64,000 bases of DNA from an uncultured Candidatus Saccharibacteria bacterium (GTDB lineage Bacteria > Patescibacteriota > Dojkabacteria > SC72). Below are positions 27,915 to 37,312 of the stretch, one piece after another (position 1 is the first letter of the stretch; the number at the start of each line of letters is the position of its first letter). The stretch is from assembly GCA_964543485.1 (NCBI GenBank), contig CAZIYI010000002.1:4192-68191 (forward strand). Reading direction: 5' to 3'. Under the pieces are notes generated by a model. The model saw only the letters and a program-made list of their open reading frames with translations. It was not told the origin of the DNA and did no database searches. The translations under genes and the position numbers were made by a program.

Positions 27915-30900
27915 TTTTTCTTTCCTGTATGAACTTAATTGTTAAGTATGTACCCATTCCTAATATTAATAAATATCCAAAGTATGAAAGTAGGTTCGGG
28001 TAATATATTACTGATACTGAATCAAAATCCTCATTTGAAACATCCCATCCCTGTTTCCACCCATTTATACTTACTCTTGTATCTTTGTCTAGAGAAGATA
28101 GAAATACACCATTTCTTTTTACTGCTACCCATCCCGAAGACTTTGCTTGCGGAATTGATATTAAAATATTCTCTTTATCCCGTGGTATCTCTTCTCTAGT
28201 TACTTTGTAATATGTAGATTGAGATGATTTAAAGACATTACTCATTTCATACTCAGAGAACTTTTTTTGATTCTCTTGAATATACATTAGATTACTCCAA
28301 GAGATAGGATACTCCATAAATACAAATTCGTTTAATACATTTTCCGTTGTTAGTTTGTAGCTGCTACTACCATATATTACATTAAGTAGTTTATCCTTAT
28401 TCGCACTGTTAAGAATATTTAAATATGATGATGTCTCTGAGTCTCTTAACATATCCTGAAACCAACACTTCTCTTCTTTGTCATAGATTAAACATAAAGA
28501 GGAGGGTATATTAGAGATATTTTCTCCTTTCCAATATACAAGATACTTTGTATTTGGTTTTGTATTAAAAAGATTTGCTGTTTGATTTATGTAATCATCA
28601 GCTACTTTCTGATACAAACCGTTTTTAACTGAGATATCAAATATCTTACTCTCGAAATCGGATCTATTTGGTTGCCAAGCACTGTTTTGCGTAGTAACTC
28701 CATTGTAAACATATCCTGTAGCACCATTTACAATCGGAATGTGTACAGTGTAGAGATTACTCTCGTCAAGGAACACATCTCTTGGCTCCCAGATATCAGA
28801 GCTCGATGAAACTGATAATGGGGTTTTTAGTTGTGCATACTCAATTTTTACACTCCTATATATTATCTCAGAGGGAGTATTTTTAACTGCATTTGTTGCA
28901 TAAAGGATTAGAGATACTCTTTCTCCTTGCTCTATTACTGTATTCAAAAGTATATCTACATTTCCAAAGAGCGTATCTGTTAAAAGATATTTCTCTGTAT
29001 TTAAACATGTTTTTTTGCTCTCAGAATATATACAGTACCCCGGATAGTTATCCTTTTCTCCCTCCCAATTTAATTTAACTCTTAAAATATTTCTTACCCC
29101 TGTATCAACCGGAATACCTGTATATACACAAGGAGATTCTGTTGTTCCTTTAATACTAAAACCTGAGGAAATCTCTTGGGGAGTAACAAATGTGCTTTCT
29201 ATGACCTCGCCCCCTGAACAATCACTTCCCTTTGTTTTAATTAAAAGAGGTAACATATCTATTGATGTAAAGTTTGTATTAGTAATTCCATATATTTCTG
29301 AGTTACTACCAAAACTATTTTCAATTGTAATACCCTTAGCAACTGTTGATTTACTAAATACAGTACTTCCTAATGTGTAGTAGTCATACTCCCCAGTATA
29401 TCTTCTAAAAGGTTTTACAGAGCCATCATTTTCTACATACGGATATGAGGGGTAAACAGAGATACTGCCATTACTGTAATTGAGCTTTGATGGGATACTA
29501 CCTAGAATCTCTTTTGATAGATTTGAATACATGTATGTACTAAATCCTTTGTATTCAAAATTACCAACTATTTCACTGTCCTCAATTCTTAGATTCTTTA
29601 ACTCCATATCTATTGGAGAGAGAGTAGGGAACTTAGGTACATCTCTCACGAATATATCCATTGAAGATATCTTAGAAAGAGATTCTGTATATACAATTTC
29701 TTGTTTACTTGGAACTTTAAAAAGAGAAAGCTTTCCACTAGACCAAATTAATTCATAATCAGAAAACAAATTCTTAACCTTCTGCTCATCTATATCAAAA
29801 GCGTATCCCTTTTCATCAATACTTGTGTCAAAGAGAACATATGAAACATCGTACCTTTGCATTAGCGAAAGAAACTCTTCCTTACTTTCAGACCTAACAG
29901 TATTTGAAATATCAAGCAATGCATCTTCCCCAACCTTCGAACCAACTGCTAAAGACATATCCATTACTGGATTAGGGACAATGTAAGAGATAAATTGGGA
30001 GCCCCAGAAGCCCCATTCATACTCCCTAAAGTAGTTATTGTTAGATGGAGGAGCGTAATATATTCTCCCTGTATCATCGTTTTTTTCAAGATACTCTCCC
30101 AATTCAAAATACTCTTGGGGGATACTTACTGCCGCCCTATCTGCAAATATATCTCCTCTAAACATATACTCCGCGTATACCAATTGTAAAATACACAGAA
30201 ATACAAAAGAGAAAAGTATGTATAACCGTTTAGGAAATTTTTTACCAACAAAAAATGCAAAAAACTTTATTAAATATACAGCTCCAAAAGTAGACAGTAC
30301 TGTAATACATATTAAATATATCTGACCTAATTTAGAAAATGGCCATCTTAATACCTGTTTGAATAGTGGGATATTTTCCTGCAACCATCCAAATACCTCT
30401 CCTAACGGTGGATTAAGAACCTTAATTAAGTATAGGGAGCCAAATCCTAAAATACCCCAAAAAAGTAATTTGTAATTCTTTTTAAATATTCCAAATATTA
30501 ATGCTATTAAAGAAAGAAATACTGGAATTAAACCAATTACTTTGTAAAAATCATATGTTTGATACAGCTCAGCCATAGGGAAAAGGTATTTCTCTCCATC
30601 CATATCAAAGAGCGTTCTGTTATACATTCTTGCAGAGGTTATTAATGTCTGAAAATCTGTCTCTAAATCTATTACACTGGCCGTTATCGTTCTATTTGTA
30701 TATGAATCGATAATATCTGAACTTGTTGATAGGGTATAGTGAATGAATGGTAGTATCCAAAATAGCTGCGTTATTAAAAATACCCCTAGTGTAATTAAAA
30801 TATTCTTTATCTCTTTCTTTACTTGTTTCTTTGAAACGAGATTGATAAATAGTGTAAAAGCAATTAAAAAGATTAGATCGATAAAAAAGAGCGTAGCTAT

Positions 30901-31512
30901 TACACTTGTTGCAGAGAAGAGTATGGAGGAAACAAATAGAAAAAAAAGATTCCCCCAACTATTCTTTACTGAATATCTATATATTGCCAAAAGTATTAAA
31001 GGCAAAAAACCGAAATTAACAATATATGGGGCCATGTTCTGATAGAAAAGCCACATTGTCCAAAGCGTAGAGAAATATATTACCCCACTTAATAGATATC
31101 CCCAATTAAAGTATCTTTTTAATTTACTTTTTTGGATTAAAATTCTTGTTAAACAAGCAATAGATACAGATCCAATTGCCATTGAGAAAAAGTAAAACAG
31201 TTGACCAATTAACCAACTAGGTAAGAATGTATCAAAAACAGAGTATATACCCGATCTAAACACATCTGCCTGTTCACTCTCAGATGCAAATCCCAATACT
31301 CTGTATCCTCTCCATGCTGGAGATTCTAAATATCTAGATACAGATAGAGTAGGGTTTAGCTCTGGCGAGTAGTTATCATTAGATAACAGGTATTTACCTG
31401 GTTGTATAGAAAGTATACATATTAATAGTAAGAGTAATATTAATAGTATTTCAGGAAATCTTTTTTCAAGAAATTTTACAATATTAATATATTTAACCTT
31501 AGGTAATTTCAT
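27901..31512 (-). CDS. giant polytopic membrane protein (about 13 N-terminal TM helices + about 750-aa extracytoplasmic domain), possible GT-C-fold glycosyltransferase
   Basis: 1203 aa. The N-terminal third is a run of hydrophobic helices, the C-terminal two-thirds are hydrophilic and rich in N/S/T/Y. Translationally coupled to the downstream GT2 gene. Confidence 0.55.
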   Translation of the reverse strand: MKLPKVKYINIVKFLEKRFPEILLILLLLLICILSIQPGKYLLSNDNYSPELNPTLSVSRYLESPAWRGYRVLGFASESEQADVFRSGIYSVFDTFLPSWLIGQLFYFFSMAIGSVSIACLTRILIQKSKLKRYFNWGYLLSGVIYFSTLWTMWLFYQNMAPYIVNFGFLPLILLAIYRYSVKNSWGNLFFLFVSSILFSATSVIATLFFIDLIFLIAFTLFINLVSKKQVKKEIKNILITLGVFLITQLFWILPFIHYTLSTSSDIIDSYTNRTITASVIDLETDFQTLITSARMYNRTLFDMDGEKYLFPMAELYQTYDFYKVIGLIPVFLSLIALIFGIFKKNYKLLFWGILGFGSLYLIKVLNPPLGEVFGWLQENIPLFKQVLRWPFSKLGQIYLICITVLSTFGAVYLIKFFAFFVGKKFPKRLYILFSFVFLCILQLVYAEYMFRGDIFADRAAVSIPQEYFELGEYLEKNDDTGRIYYAPPSNNNYFREYEWGFWGSQFISYIVPNPVMDMSLAVGSKVGEDALLDISNTVRSESKEEFLSLMQRYDVSYVLFDTSIDEKGYAFDIDEQKVKNLFSDYELIWSSGKLSLFKVPSKQEIVYTESLSKISSMDIFVRDVPKFPTLSPIDMELKNLRIEDSEIVGNFEYKGFSTYMYSNLSKEILGSIPSKLNYSNGSISVYPSYPYVENDGSVKPFRRYTGEYDYYTLGSTVFSKSTVAKGITIENSFGSNSEIYGITNTNFTSIDMLPLLIKTKGSDCSGGEVIESTFVTPQEISSGFSIKGTTESPCVYTGIPVDTGVRNILRVKLNWEGEKDNYPGYCIYSESKKTCLNTEKYLLTDTLFGNVDILLNTVIEQGERVSLILYATNAVKNTPSEIIYRSVKIEYAQLKTPLSVSSSSDIWEPRDVFLDESNLYTVHIPIVNGATGYVYNGVTTQNSAWQPNRSDFESKIFDISVKNGLYQKVADDYINQTANLFNTKPNTKYLVYWKGENISNIPSSLCLIYDKEEKCWFQDMLRDSETSSYLNILNSANKDKLLNVIYGSSSYKLTTENVLNEFVFMEYPISWSNLMYIQENQKKFSEYEMSNVFKSSQSTYYKVTREEIPRDKENILISIPQAKSSGWVAVKRNGVFLSSLDKDTRVSINGWKQGWDVSNEDFDSVSVIYYPNLLSYFGYLLILGMGTYLTIKFIQERKNGKK

Positions 31513-31667
31513 TATGTATAGATTATATCAAAAAGATATATATTTCTATCTAATAAATATACTTGACTTTATGTCCTTAAATTATTAACATAAATGTATA
31601 TAAAACTGCCTATATATTGTTTATCTCTAATAGGTAAGTTGCATTTTAATATTAGCTATAAAGTAAA

Positions 31668-34163
31668 ATGGCTTTTAACCGATTTGGAGAAATCATATCA
31701 GAAGGCAAAGATGAGCAGAACTCCCTAATAATAAATGCGAAGGGAGACATCAAGAATGTTACAACTGGAGAGATTACATCTACTACACAAAATAATAATG
31801 ATTCTATTCCTAGCCAAAATGATATTGATCTAAAAAAATATAACGAAACACTCTATCCAACTGAAGGATCTATTCCTGATAGAGTAGAAAATAATCAAAG
31901 CACTGATAGCTTTGTTATTGCTACCCAAAAGGATACTCCAATTCTAGAAGGGCAAGGGGATGAAAGAAAAATCAAACAAAACTATTGGGACAATCCCCAA
32001 AAGATAAAAGAAAATTTCAACAGTTTTGATGAAGCAATGAAAGATGAAGATGCAGATAGATATAGAAAGTTTCAAGATACTGGACAAAACCAGGCAGAAG
32101 AAATAAGTATTACAGAAGATTCCAAATGGGCATCACTTCCTAAAAACTTAATAAATCAAAATGATAATTCTTCTAAAGAAAAACAGGAAAATCAAGAAGC
32201 TCTAGATTCAAATACTAGAGCTAATGAAGGATTCAAACCACTTACACCCATATCCCAAAATGCTAAAGACTTCTTTGCCAATGAAGATAAAATTGCTGAC
32301 TTAGCTAAAAAAGATGCCGCTCATCAGAAAGAATTAGATTCTAACTCTAAAGCGAATGAAGGATTTAAACCACTCACGCCCATATCACAAAATGCTAAAG
32401 ACTTCTTTACCAATGAAGATAAAATTGCTGACTTAGCTAAAAAAGATGCCGCTCATCAAAGAGAATTAGATTCTAATTCCAAAGCTAATGAGAGATTTAA
32501 TGGCTCATTTGATGTAAAGGCATCACAATCACTTGAAGATATTGATCTTATTTCGGGTGATTTACGAGGTAAAAACTTTCAAAATTCTCTTGCAGAGCTT
32601 ATGGATGAAGAAACCGCAAAAAGATATTTAGAATTTTTAAAAAGAGATCAAGAAAAACCCTTAGTTATAACACCAGAACAAACTGAGATAGATAAAAAAT
32701 TAAATGAAATAGAAATTAAGCTTGGAGAGATTGATTCAAAGTTAGGGACAATGGATACACGTCTTAACGAAATAAACACAAATATTCAAACCCTATTACA
32801 AGGACAAGAAGCAGGGCAACTAACACAAGAACAGCTATTAGAATACATAAAACTCTTACAAGAACAAGGTCAAATACAAATCGAAATGTCCCAAAGTAAT
32901 GCAGAGAAATATAGAATAAGTATGGAAAATGCTCTTAATTTAATCTTATTAAAATTAGAAGAGGACAAACAACCAGTACCACCAGTAGTACCACCAGTAG
33001 TACCACCAACAGTACCACCAGTAGTGCCACCAACAGTACCACCAGTAGTGCCACCAGTAGTGCCACCAACAGTACCACCAGTAGTGCCACCAACAGTACC
33101 ACCAGTAGTACCACTGCCAAGTCCAGTAACAATTGAAAGTGCAAGAATACAAGCTCTTGAAGATCAATTAAGAGAACTTAGAGGAGAAAATACACCAGAG
33201 CAAAAATCTGCTGCCCTTGGAAGAGAATTAGCAGTACTAGAAGCTAAACTCATAACCCCAGGGGGATTAACTGATGCTGAAAAGATTCGATACTTTGATA
33301 TATTAAAACAGAAAGAGGCGATTGATAAACCACTTGAGATTGCTACCCAAGAAAGTGAGAAAAAGAGAAAAAATAAAGAAAAATGGATTAAGATTGTAGC
33401 CGGAGTCGCTGGCGCAGGTGTAGCATTGGCAACACCAGCCGTTGGATTAGCAGCAGTGATTGGAATAACACTTGGAGGAAGGATAATAGGTAAGAGTCTC
33501 TTATCACAAGGAGAAAAACTCAGATCAAAATCAAACTCAATAAAATATGAAGCTAGAACTGGAAAAACTATATCCGAATTAATTGAGATGGATAAAAAAC
33601 AGAAACGAAATCAATGGTGGGCAAACAGATTAGGTGAAGCAGGTTCTGTACTAGTTGGAGGTGCAACAGGATATGCTATCGGTACACTTTTCGAAGGACT
33701 TGTTGGTAAGGATTTTTACATTGGAATGAATAATCAAATTACACCAGAAGTTCCAGTAGTATCTGATGGACAAACTCAGACAGTTACAGAGACTCCACAA
33801 CCAGAAGTTAGTGAAGTTTCAACTCAACAAGCATCAGCAACATCACAGCCCGAAGTATCATCAAATATTACAGAACCCATAATTGAAAATTGGGCAAGCG
33901 GAGATACCTTTAATGTATCTGATTTGGGTTGGGATTATAAGGATCTTGGATATATAGGACCTAGAGTTCATCTTACAAATTTAGGTGGGGCAGAAGGCGA
34001 ATTACAAGGGGAGTTCTTTAGAGCACTTTCAAATTTAGTTCCTAAGGAACAGTTGATGGGCCAAGCAAATGGAAATGTTGTTAATCAATTTCTCAGAGCT
34101 GCATATAATGGTATGAATCCTACCGAAGCTGCTACCAAAGCTGCAGAGGCATTAATACGATAG
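31668..34163 (+). CDS. large repeat-containing protein (coiled-coil, proline-rich tandem repeat, two Gly/Ala-rich hydrophobic segments)
   Basis: 831 aa. Contains 2.3 copies of a 44-aa repeat (DSNTRANEGFKPLTPISQNAKDFF.NEDKIADLAKKDAAHQ.EL), a (VPPV/VPPT)x13 block and hydrophobic segments IVAGVAGAGVALATPAVGLAAVIGITLGG and AGSVLVGGATGYAIGTLF. Confidence 0.55.
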   Translation: MAFNRFGEIISEGKDEQNSLIINAKGDIKNVTTGEITSTTQNNNDSIPSQNDIDLKKYNETLYPTEGSIPDRVENNQSTDSFVIATQKDTPILEGQGDERKIKQNYWDNPQKIKENFNSFDEAMKDEDADRYRKFQDTGQNQAEEISITEDSKWASLPKNLINQNDNSSKEKQENQEALDSNTRANEGFKPLTPISQNAKDFFANEDKIADLAKKDAAHQKELDSNSKANEGFKPLTPISQNAKDFFTNEDKIADLAKKDAAHQRELDSNSKANERFNGSFDVKASQSLEDIDLISGDLRGKNFQNSLAELMDEETAKRYLEFLKRDQEKPLVITPEQTEIDKKLNEIEIKLGEIDSKLGTMDTRLNEINTNIQTLLQGQEAGQLTQEQLLEYIKLLQEQGQIQIEMSQSNAEKYRISMENALNLILLKLEEDKQPVPPVVPPVVPPTVPPVVPPTVPPVVPPVVPPTVPPVVPPTVPPVVPLPSPVTIESARIQALEDQLRELRGENTPEQKSAALGRELAVLEAKLITPGGLTDAEKIRYFDILKQKEAIDKPLEIATQESEKKRKNKEKWIKIVAGVAGAGVALATPAVGLAAVIGITLGGRIIGKSLLSQGEKLRSKSNSIKYEARTGKTISELIEMDKKQKRNQWWANRLGEAGSVLVGGATGYAIGTLFEGLVGKDFYIGMNNQITPEVPVVSDGQTQTVTETPQPEVSEVSTQQASATSQPEVSSNITEPIIENWASGDTFNVSDLGWDYKDLGYIGPRVHLTNLGGAEGELQGEFFRALSNLVPKEQLMGQANGNVVNQFLRAAYNGMNPTEAATKAAEALIR
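32205..32500 (+). repeat. 132-bp tandem repeat (2 full copies + partial third) inside the 831-aa CDS
   Basis: Direct repeat units 32205..32336, 32337..32468 and partial 32469..32500 are near-identical at DNA level. Confidence 0.7.
32974..33112 (+). repeat. 12-bp tandem repeat (CCACCAGTAGTA/CCACCAACAGTA)x about 12 encoding (VPPV/VPPT)n
   Basis: Visible perfect and near-perfect 12-mer periodicity. Antisense ORFs 32935..33144 and 32955..33167 are artefacts of this repeat. Confidence 0.8.
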
Positions 34164-34189
34164 TTTGTTTAAAATAAAAATATATAATA

Positions 34190-34603
34190 ATGAAAGATGA
34201 AATTATTCAAAAGATAAAAGAACTTGGAGTACCAGAACAAGAAGTAGAAAATCTCTACAATCTGCTATCAGAACAGATACTAGACCTTCTTTTTGAGGAT
34301 TTAAGCGAACAGTTAAGTGATGATGAATTAGGAGTAATTGAAAATAGAATTAAAGAAGCAAAATCCCCTGAACATTTCGAAACAATTATTAAAGAACTCG
34401 CATTTACAACTTATGGTGATAACGCCCCAACAGAAATTAACAATATGTATCTTGATTTAATTGATACCTTTAAAAAGAACGTAGAAGAAACAAAATCACT
34501 AATACAAAGAGCTAACTCCGGAGACCCAGAAGCTCAACAGGTTTTAGAAAAAGCAAAAGAAACTGATTTATACAAAGAAATTACAACGCAATCAGAAGAA
34601 TAG
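34190..34603 (+). CDS. hypothetical acidic protein
   Basis: 137-aa ORF immediately after the 831-aa gene. No motif recognised. Confidence 0.35.
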   Translation: MKDEIIQKIKELGVPEQEVENLYNLLSEQILDLLFEDLSEQLSDDELGVIENRIKEAKSPEHFETIIKELAFTTYGDNAPTEINNMYLDLIDTFKKNVEETKSLIQRANSGDPEAQQVLEKAKETDLYKEITTQSEE

Positions 34604-34607
34604 AACT

Positions 34608-36026
34608 CTACTTCAACGGATGATTCTTTTTAACAGTTTCTTCTGCAAACTTTTCACTTGCATGTACATATTTAGTAGTTGTATTCAAACTCTCATGACC
34701 CAAAAGAATCTGTAAAGCAACAGCACTAGCACCATCCTCCGCCATATATGTAGCAAACCCATGCCTTAAACTATGTGCTGATGTAGGTATCTGTATACCT
34801 AATCTCTTTCTGTAATCTGCTATTTTTTCTTGGAAATAGTTAGTAGATAACCTGCAATTAGGTTTTTTACTTCTAATACCTACAAAAGGAACGAATAGGG
34901 CAGGGGAGTTAAATTTCTCTAAAAATTTATTCTTCCTATACTCCTCAATCAATCTAATATATTTCCTATTCTCAGAATCAAAAACTTCTAAATTTAATCC
35001 TTCAGAATTCATATCTCCCGGCAATGTTTCACGGTGTTTCATGTTTCTATCCTTAACTCCAATATCTATAAACAACTTATCTACATTTCCCGGTTGTTCC
35101 TCTTTCTCCCTATCTGAAAAAGCATACTCCAATCTTAACTTCAAATATTTATTTAACCATCCCAAAGCTCTGTTTGTCATATATACAGCTCTCTCTTTTT
35201 TACCCTTTCCCATTACATATATTTTACCCTCAACATTTAACTGTTCTATATTCATATTTATCAACTCTGATATCCTCATACCTGTTGCAAAAAGCATCTC
35301 TAACATGCACCTGTTTCTTAGCGCTACACGCTCATCTTTCTCAAACTCCATAGGTGCTTCTATCAATCTCGTAAGATCTTCTAAAGAAGCAACCTTTTTA
35401 ACTTTCTTTTCACCTCTTACCATCTGAATACCATCAGGAGGAATTGGAATATCAAAATCAAAATCTATTCTAAACTTTAAATACGATCTAATTGCAGATA
35501 GCATTCTATTAATACTTCTAACATCTAAACCATTTTTACTCCTAGCTCTGGAATTTAATGGCCTTTCTAAAATACCCAACGAACCGTATACCTTACCGTA
35601 GACTTTTGTAAGAAAGTCCTCCTCATATACCTGTGGAGAACCCTCTGTACTAGTTTCATCATTTTCATCTTCATCCACAGGTCTATTCATACCACTTAAA
35701 TTTTTTGTAGGGCTTGCTGGGCCTCTAAGCGCTTTGACATCTGTTTGTATTGTCTTAAAGCCCTTTTCCACACATTTCTCCCTTATTCTATCCAAATCTT
35801 TCAAATGATTACCACTCCCTAGGTACCCTTTATAGTTTAAAACATCTATCTTGGTTAACTTATCAAACTTTATATTATTAAAATGTAAATACACACTAAA
35901 TATGGAGAGATCCCTGGCGTAACTAATAATAGTTTGAAAGCTATACGCATTATTTTGTAAATTCAAAAAATACATATCCTGATCAGGAAGTTTAGGGATA
36001 TCATTTAATAGGAATGTTTTTTTCAT
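34608..36026 (-). CDS. tyrosine site-specific recombinase, XerC/XerD-like (long form with internal low-complexity insert)
   Basis: Catalytic box RISELINMNIEQL...GKGKKERAVYM (Xer-typical GKG.KER), HSLRHGFATYMAEDGAS and LGHESLNTTTKYVHAS giving the R-K-HxxR-H-Y signature. 472 aa. Confidence 0.75.
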   Translation of the reverse strand: MKKTFLLNDIPKLPDQDMYFLNLQNNAYSFQTIISYARDLSIFSVYLHFNNIKFDKLTKIDVLNYKGYLGSGNHLKDLDRIREKCVEKGFKTIQTDVKALRGPASPTKNLSGMNRPVDEDENDETSTEGSPQVYEEDFLTKVYGKVYGSLGILERPLNSRARSKNGLDVRSINRMLSAIRSYLKFRIDFDFDIPIPPDGIQMVRGEKKVKKVASLEDLTRLIEAPMEFEKDERVALRNRCMLEMLFATGMRISELINMNIEQLNVEGKIYVMGKGKKERAVYMTNRALGWLNKYLKLRLEYAFSDREKEEQPGNVDKLFIDIGVKDRNMKHRETLPGDMNSEGLNLEVFDSENRKYIRLIEEYRKNKFLEKFNSPALFVPFVGIRSKKPNCRLSTNYFQEKIADYRKRLGIQIPTSAHSLRHGFATYMAEDGASAVALQILLGHESLNTTTKYVHASEKFAEETVKKNHPLK

Positions 36027-36211
36027 ATGTATATATTAACTTTTTAAAAAATAAAATCAAAGTAGGGGACTTTTTTTGTTTTTCCCATAGATAAAAGAAA
36101 TATAGGGGATATGTAAAAATTAAATGGGAAATACAGAGGGAAAAGATATTTTTATTTTTATATATTTTTCTCATTAAGTATTTAATATAAAACTCTTGGT
36201 TTAAGTACTCC

Positions 36212-36239
36212 CTTAGGTCGTACAGATATACGACCGCAT
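36212..36239. promoter_or_regulatory. candidate Xer/dif-like recombination site (11-6-11 with 7-bp perfect inner palindrome)
   Basis: cttaGGTCGTA-cagata-TACGACCgcat. Inner arms are perfectly palindromic and outer 4 nt differ, as in dif-type sites. Sits 190 bp upstream of the Xer-like recombinase gene. Confidence 0.3.
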
Positions 36240-36484
36240 ATAAGGATGATTATACTCGGTTATATGATATAAGAAATCATAACATAATGCAACATAGGGG
36301 ATAGCACTCTCCCATCAGAGACATAGTTGGGATTACTTCTGTATAGATTCTCTACTATTTAAATATTTATTCCCATTATAATGAAATATATTAGCACTTG
36401 GTTATCCACATTGATATTACTATGGGACCTGTGAAACTATGGGCTGTTACTTGCTATGAGCCCTACTCCCCTACTTTGATATTT

Positions 36485-37312
36485 CTATACTAAAATATTC
36501 AAAAAGAAATTTAGAAAAATAACAATAATTAAAGCAATAATATAAAGAATAAACTCTATACTAAACCTCTGTTTAATCACCTTCATATTAGCCACCCCTA
36601 TACCAACAAAGTACCCTATCGTTGGACCAAGTGCAGAAACCTCATGTAATATCCCAGATAAAAATGTTCCTAAGAACATAAAAAAAACAATTAGGGAAAC
36701 TAATACAGTTTTACGAGAAAGTAAAATTCCCTCAAAACCAAGATTTCTAAGATGAATATATGAAAAGAAAATAATAATGAAAAGCTCGAAAGGAAGAAGA
36801 ATATACGGGGCTAATTGTAATGATAGTAAGCTAAAGGTAATAAAGAAAATCGATAGTGTCGATATTATATACGAAGTCGTTCTACCAACATTCACCAAGG
36901 GTATATTTTTGTATAGATTAACATTAAAAACATTAGCCATTAAATATGATATGTAGGTACTAAAGAACAAAAGTGCCACAAGAATTAAAAGCAGTATACC
37001 CTCATAAATACGACTAAACTTCTCTACAAAGAATAATTGAATAAATAGATACTCTGACATAACAAAAAGAGAGCTATGTAGGAGAAAAAACAAAGATTTA
37101 ACTTTAACTTGGAAATTAAATGCCCAGACTAAACCAGTAAAAGAGATTAACAAATAAATAAGAGCAGTTATAATGATCTTTCCTACAGTTGGGTCATTAT
37201 TTTTAATTAGTGTTTGAACAAAGACAGAAAGAGCAATTAACAATGCTAATGAAATTAACTTACCCCTCTTTACAGAATCTTCTGTTTTAATTGAAATATT
37301 TTCTACCCCCAT
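36485..37312 (-). CDS. polytopic membrane protein, hypothetical
   Basis: 275 aa, about 8 hydrophobic helices. Start overlaps the ruvB stop. Confidence 0.45.
   Translation of the reverse strand: MGVENISIKTEDSVKRGKLISLALLIALSVFVQTLIKNNDPTVGKIIITALIYLLISFTGLVWAFNFQVKVKSLFFLLHSSLFVMSEYLFIQLFFVEKFSRIYEGILLLILVALLFFSTYISYLMANVFNVNLYKNIPLVNVGRTTSYIISTLSIFFITFSLLSLQLAPYILLPFELFIIIFFSYIHLRNLGFEGILLSRKTVLVSLIVFFMFLGTFLSGILHEVSALGPTIGYFVGIGVANMKVIKQRFSIEFILYIIALIIVIFLNFFLNILV

Noticed and set aside
32935-33167. Two antisense ORFs (69-70 aa) of poly-Leu/Val or Trp/Tyr composition
   Set aside because: Frame artefacts of the 12-bp tandem repeat inside the 831-aa gene.
36027-36484. tmRNA, RNase P RNA or SRP RNA in the 458-bp ORF-free segment next to the recombinase
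   Set aside because: Looked for tRNA-like T-arm (GGTTCGA.TCC), RNase P CR-I/CR-V motifs and the SRP domain-IV motif on both strands and found none. Kept only as an unclassified structured or IR-bounded element in findings.
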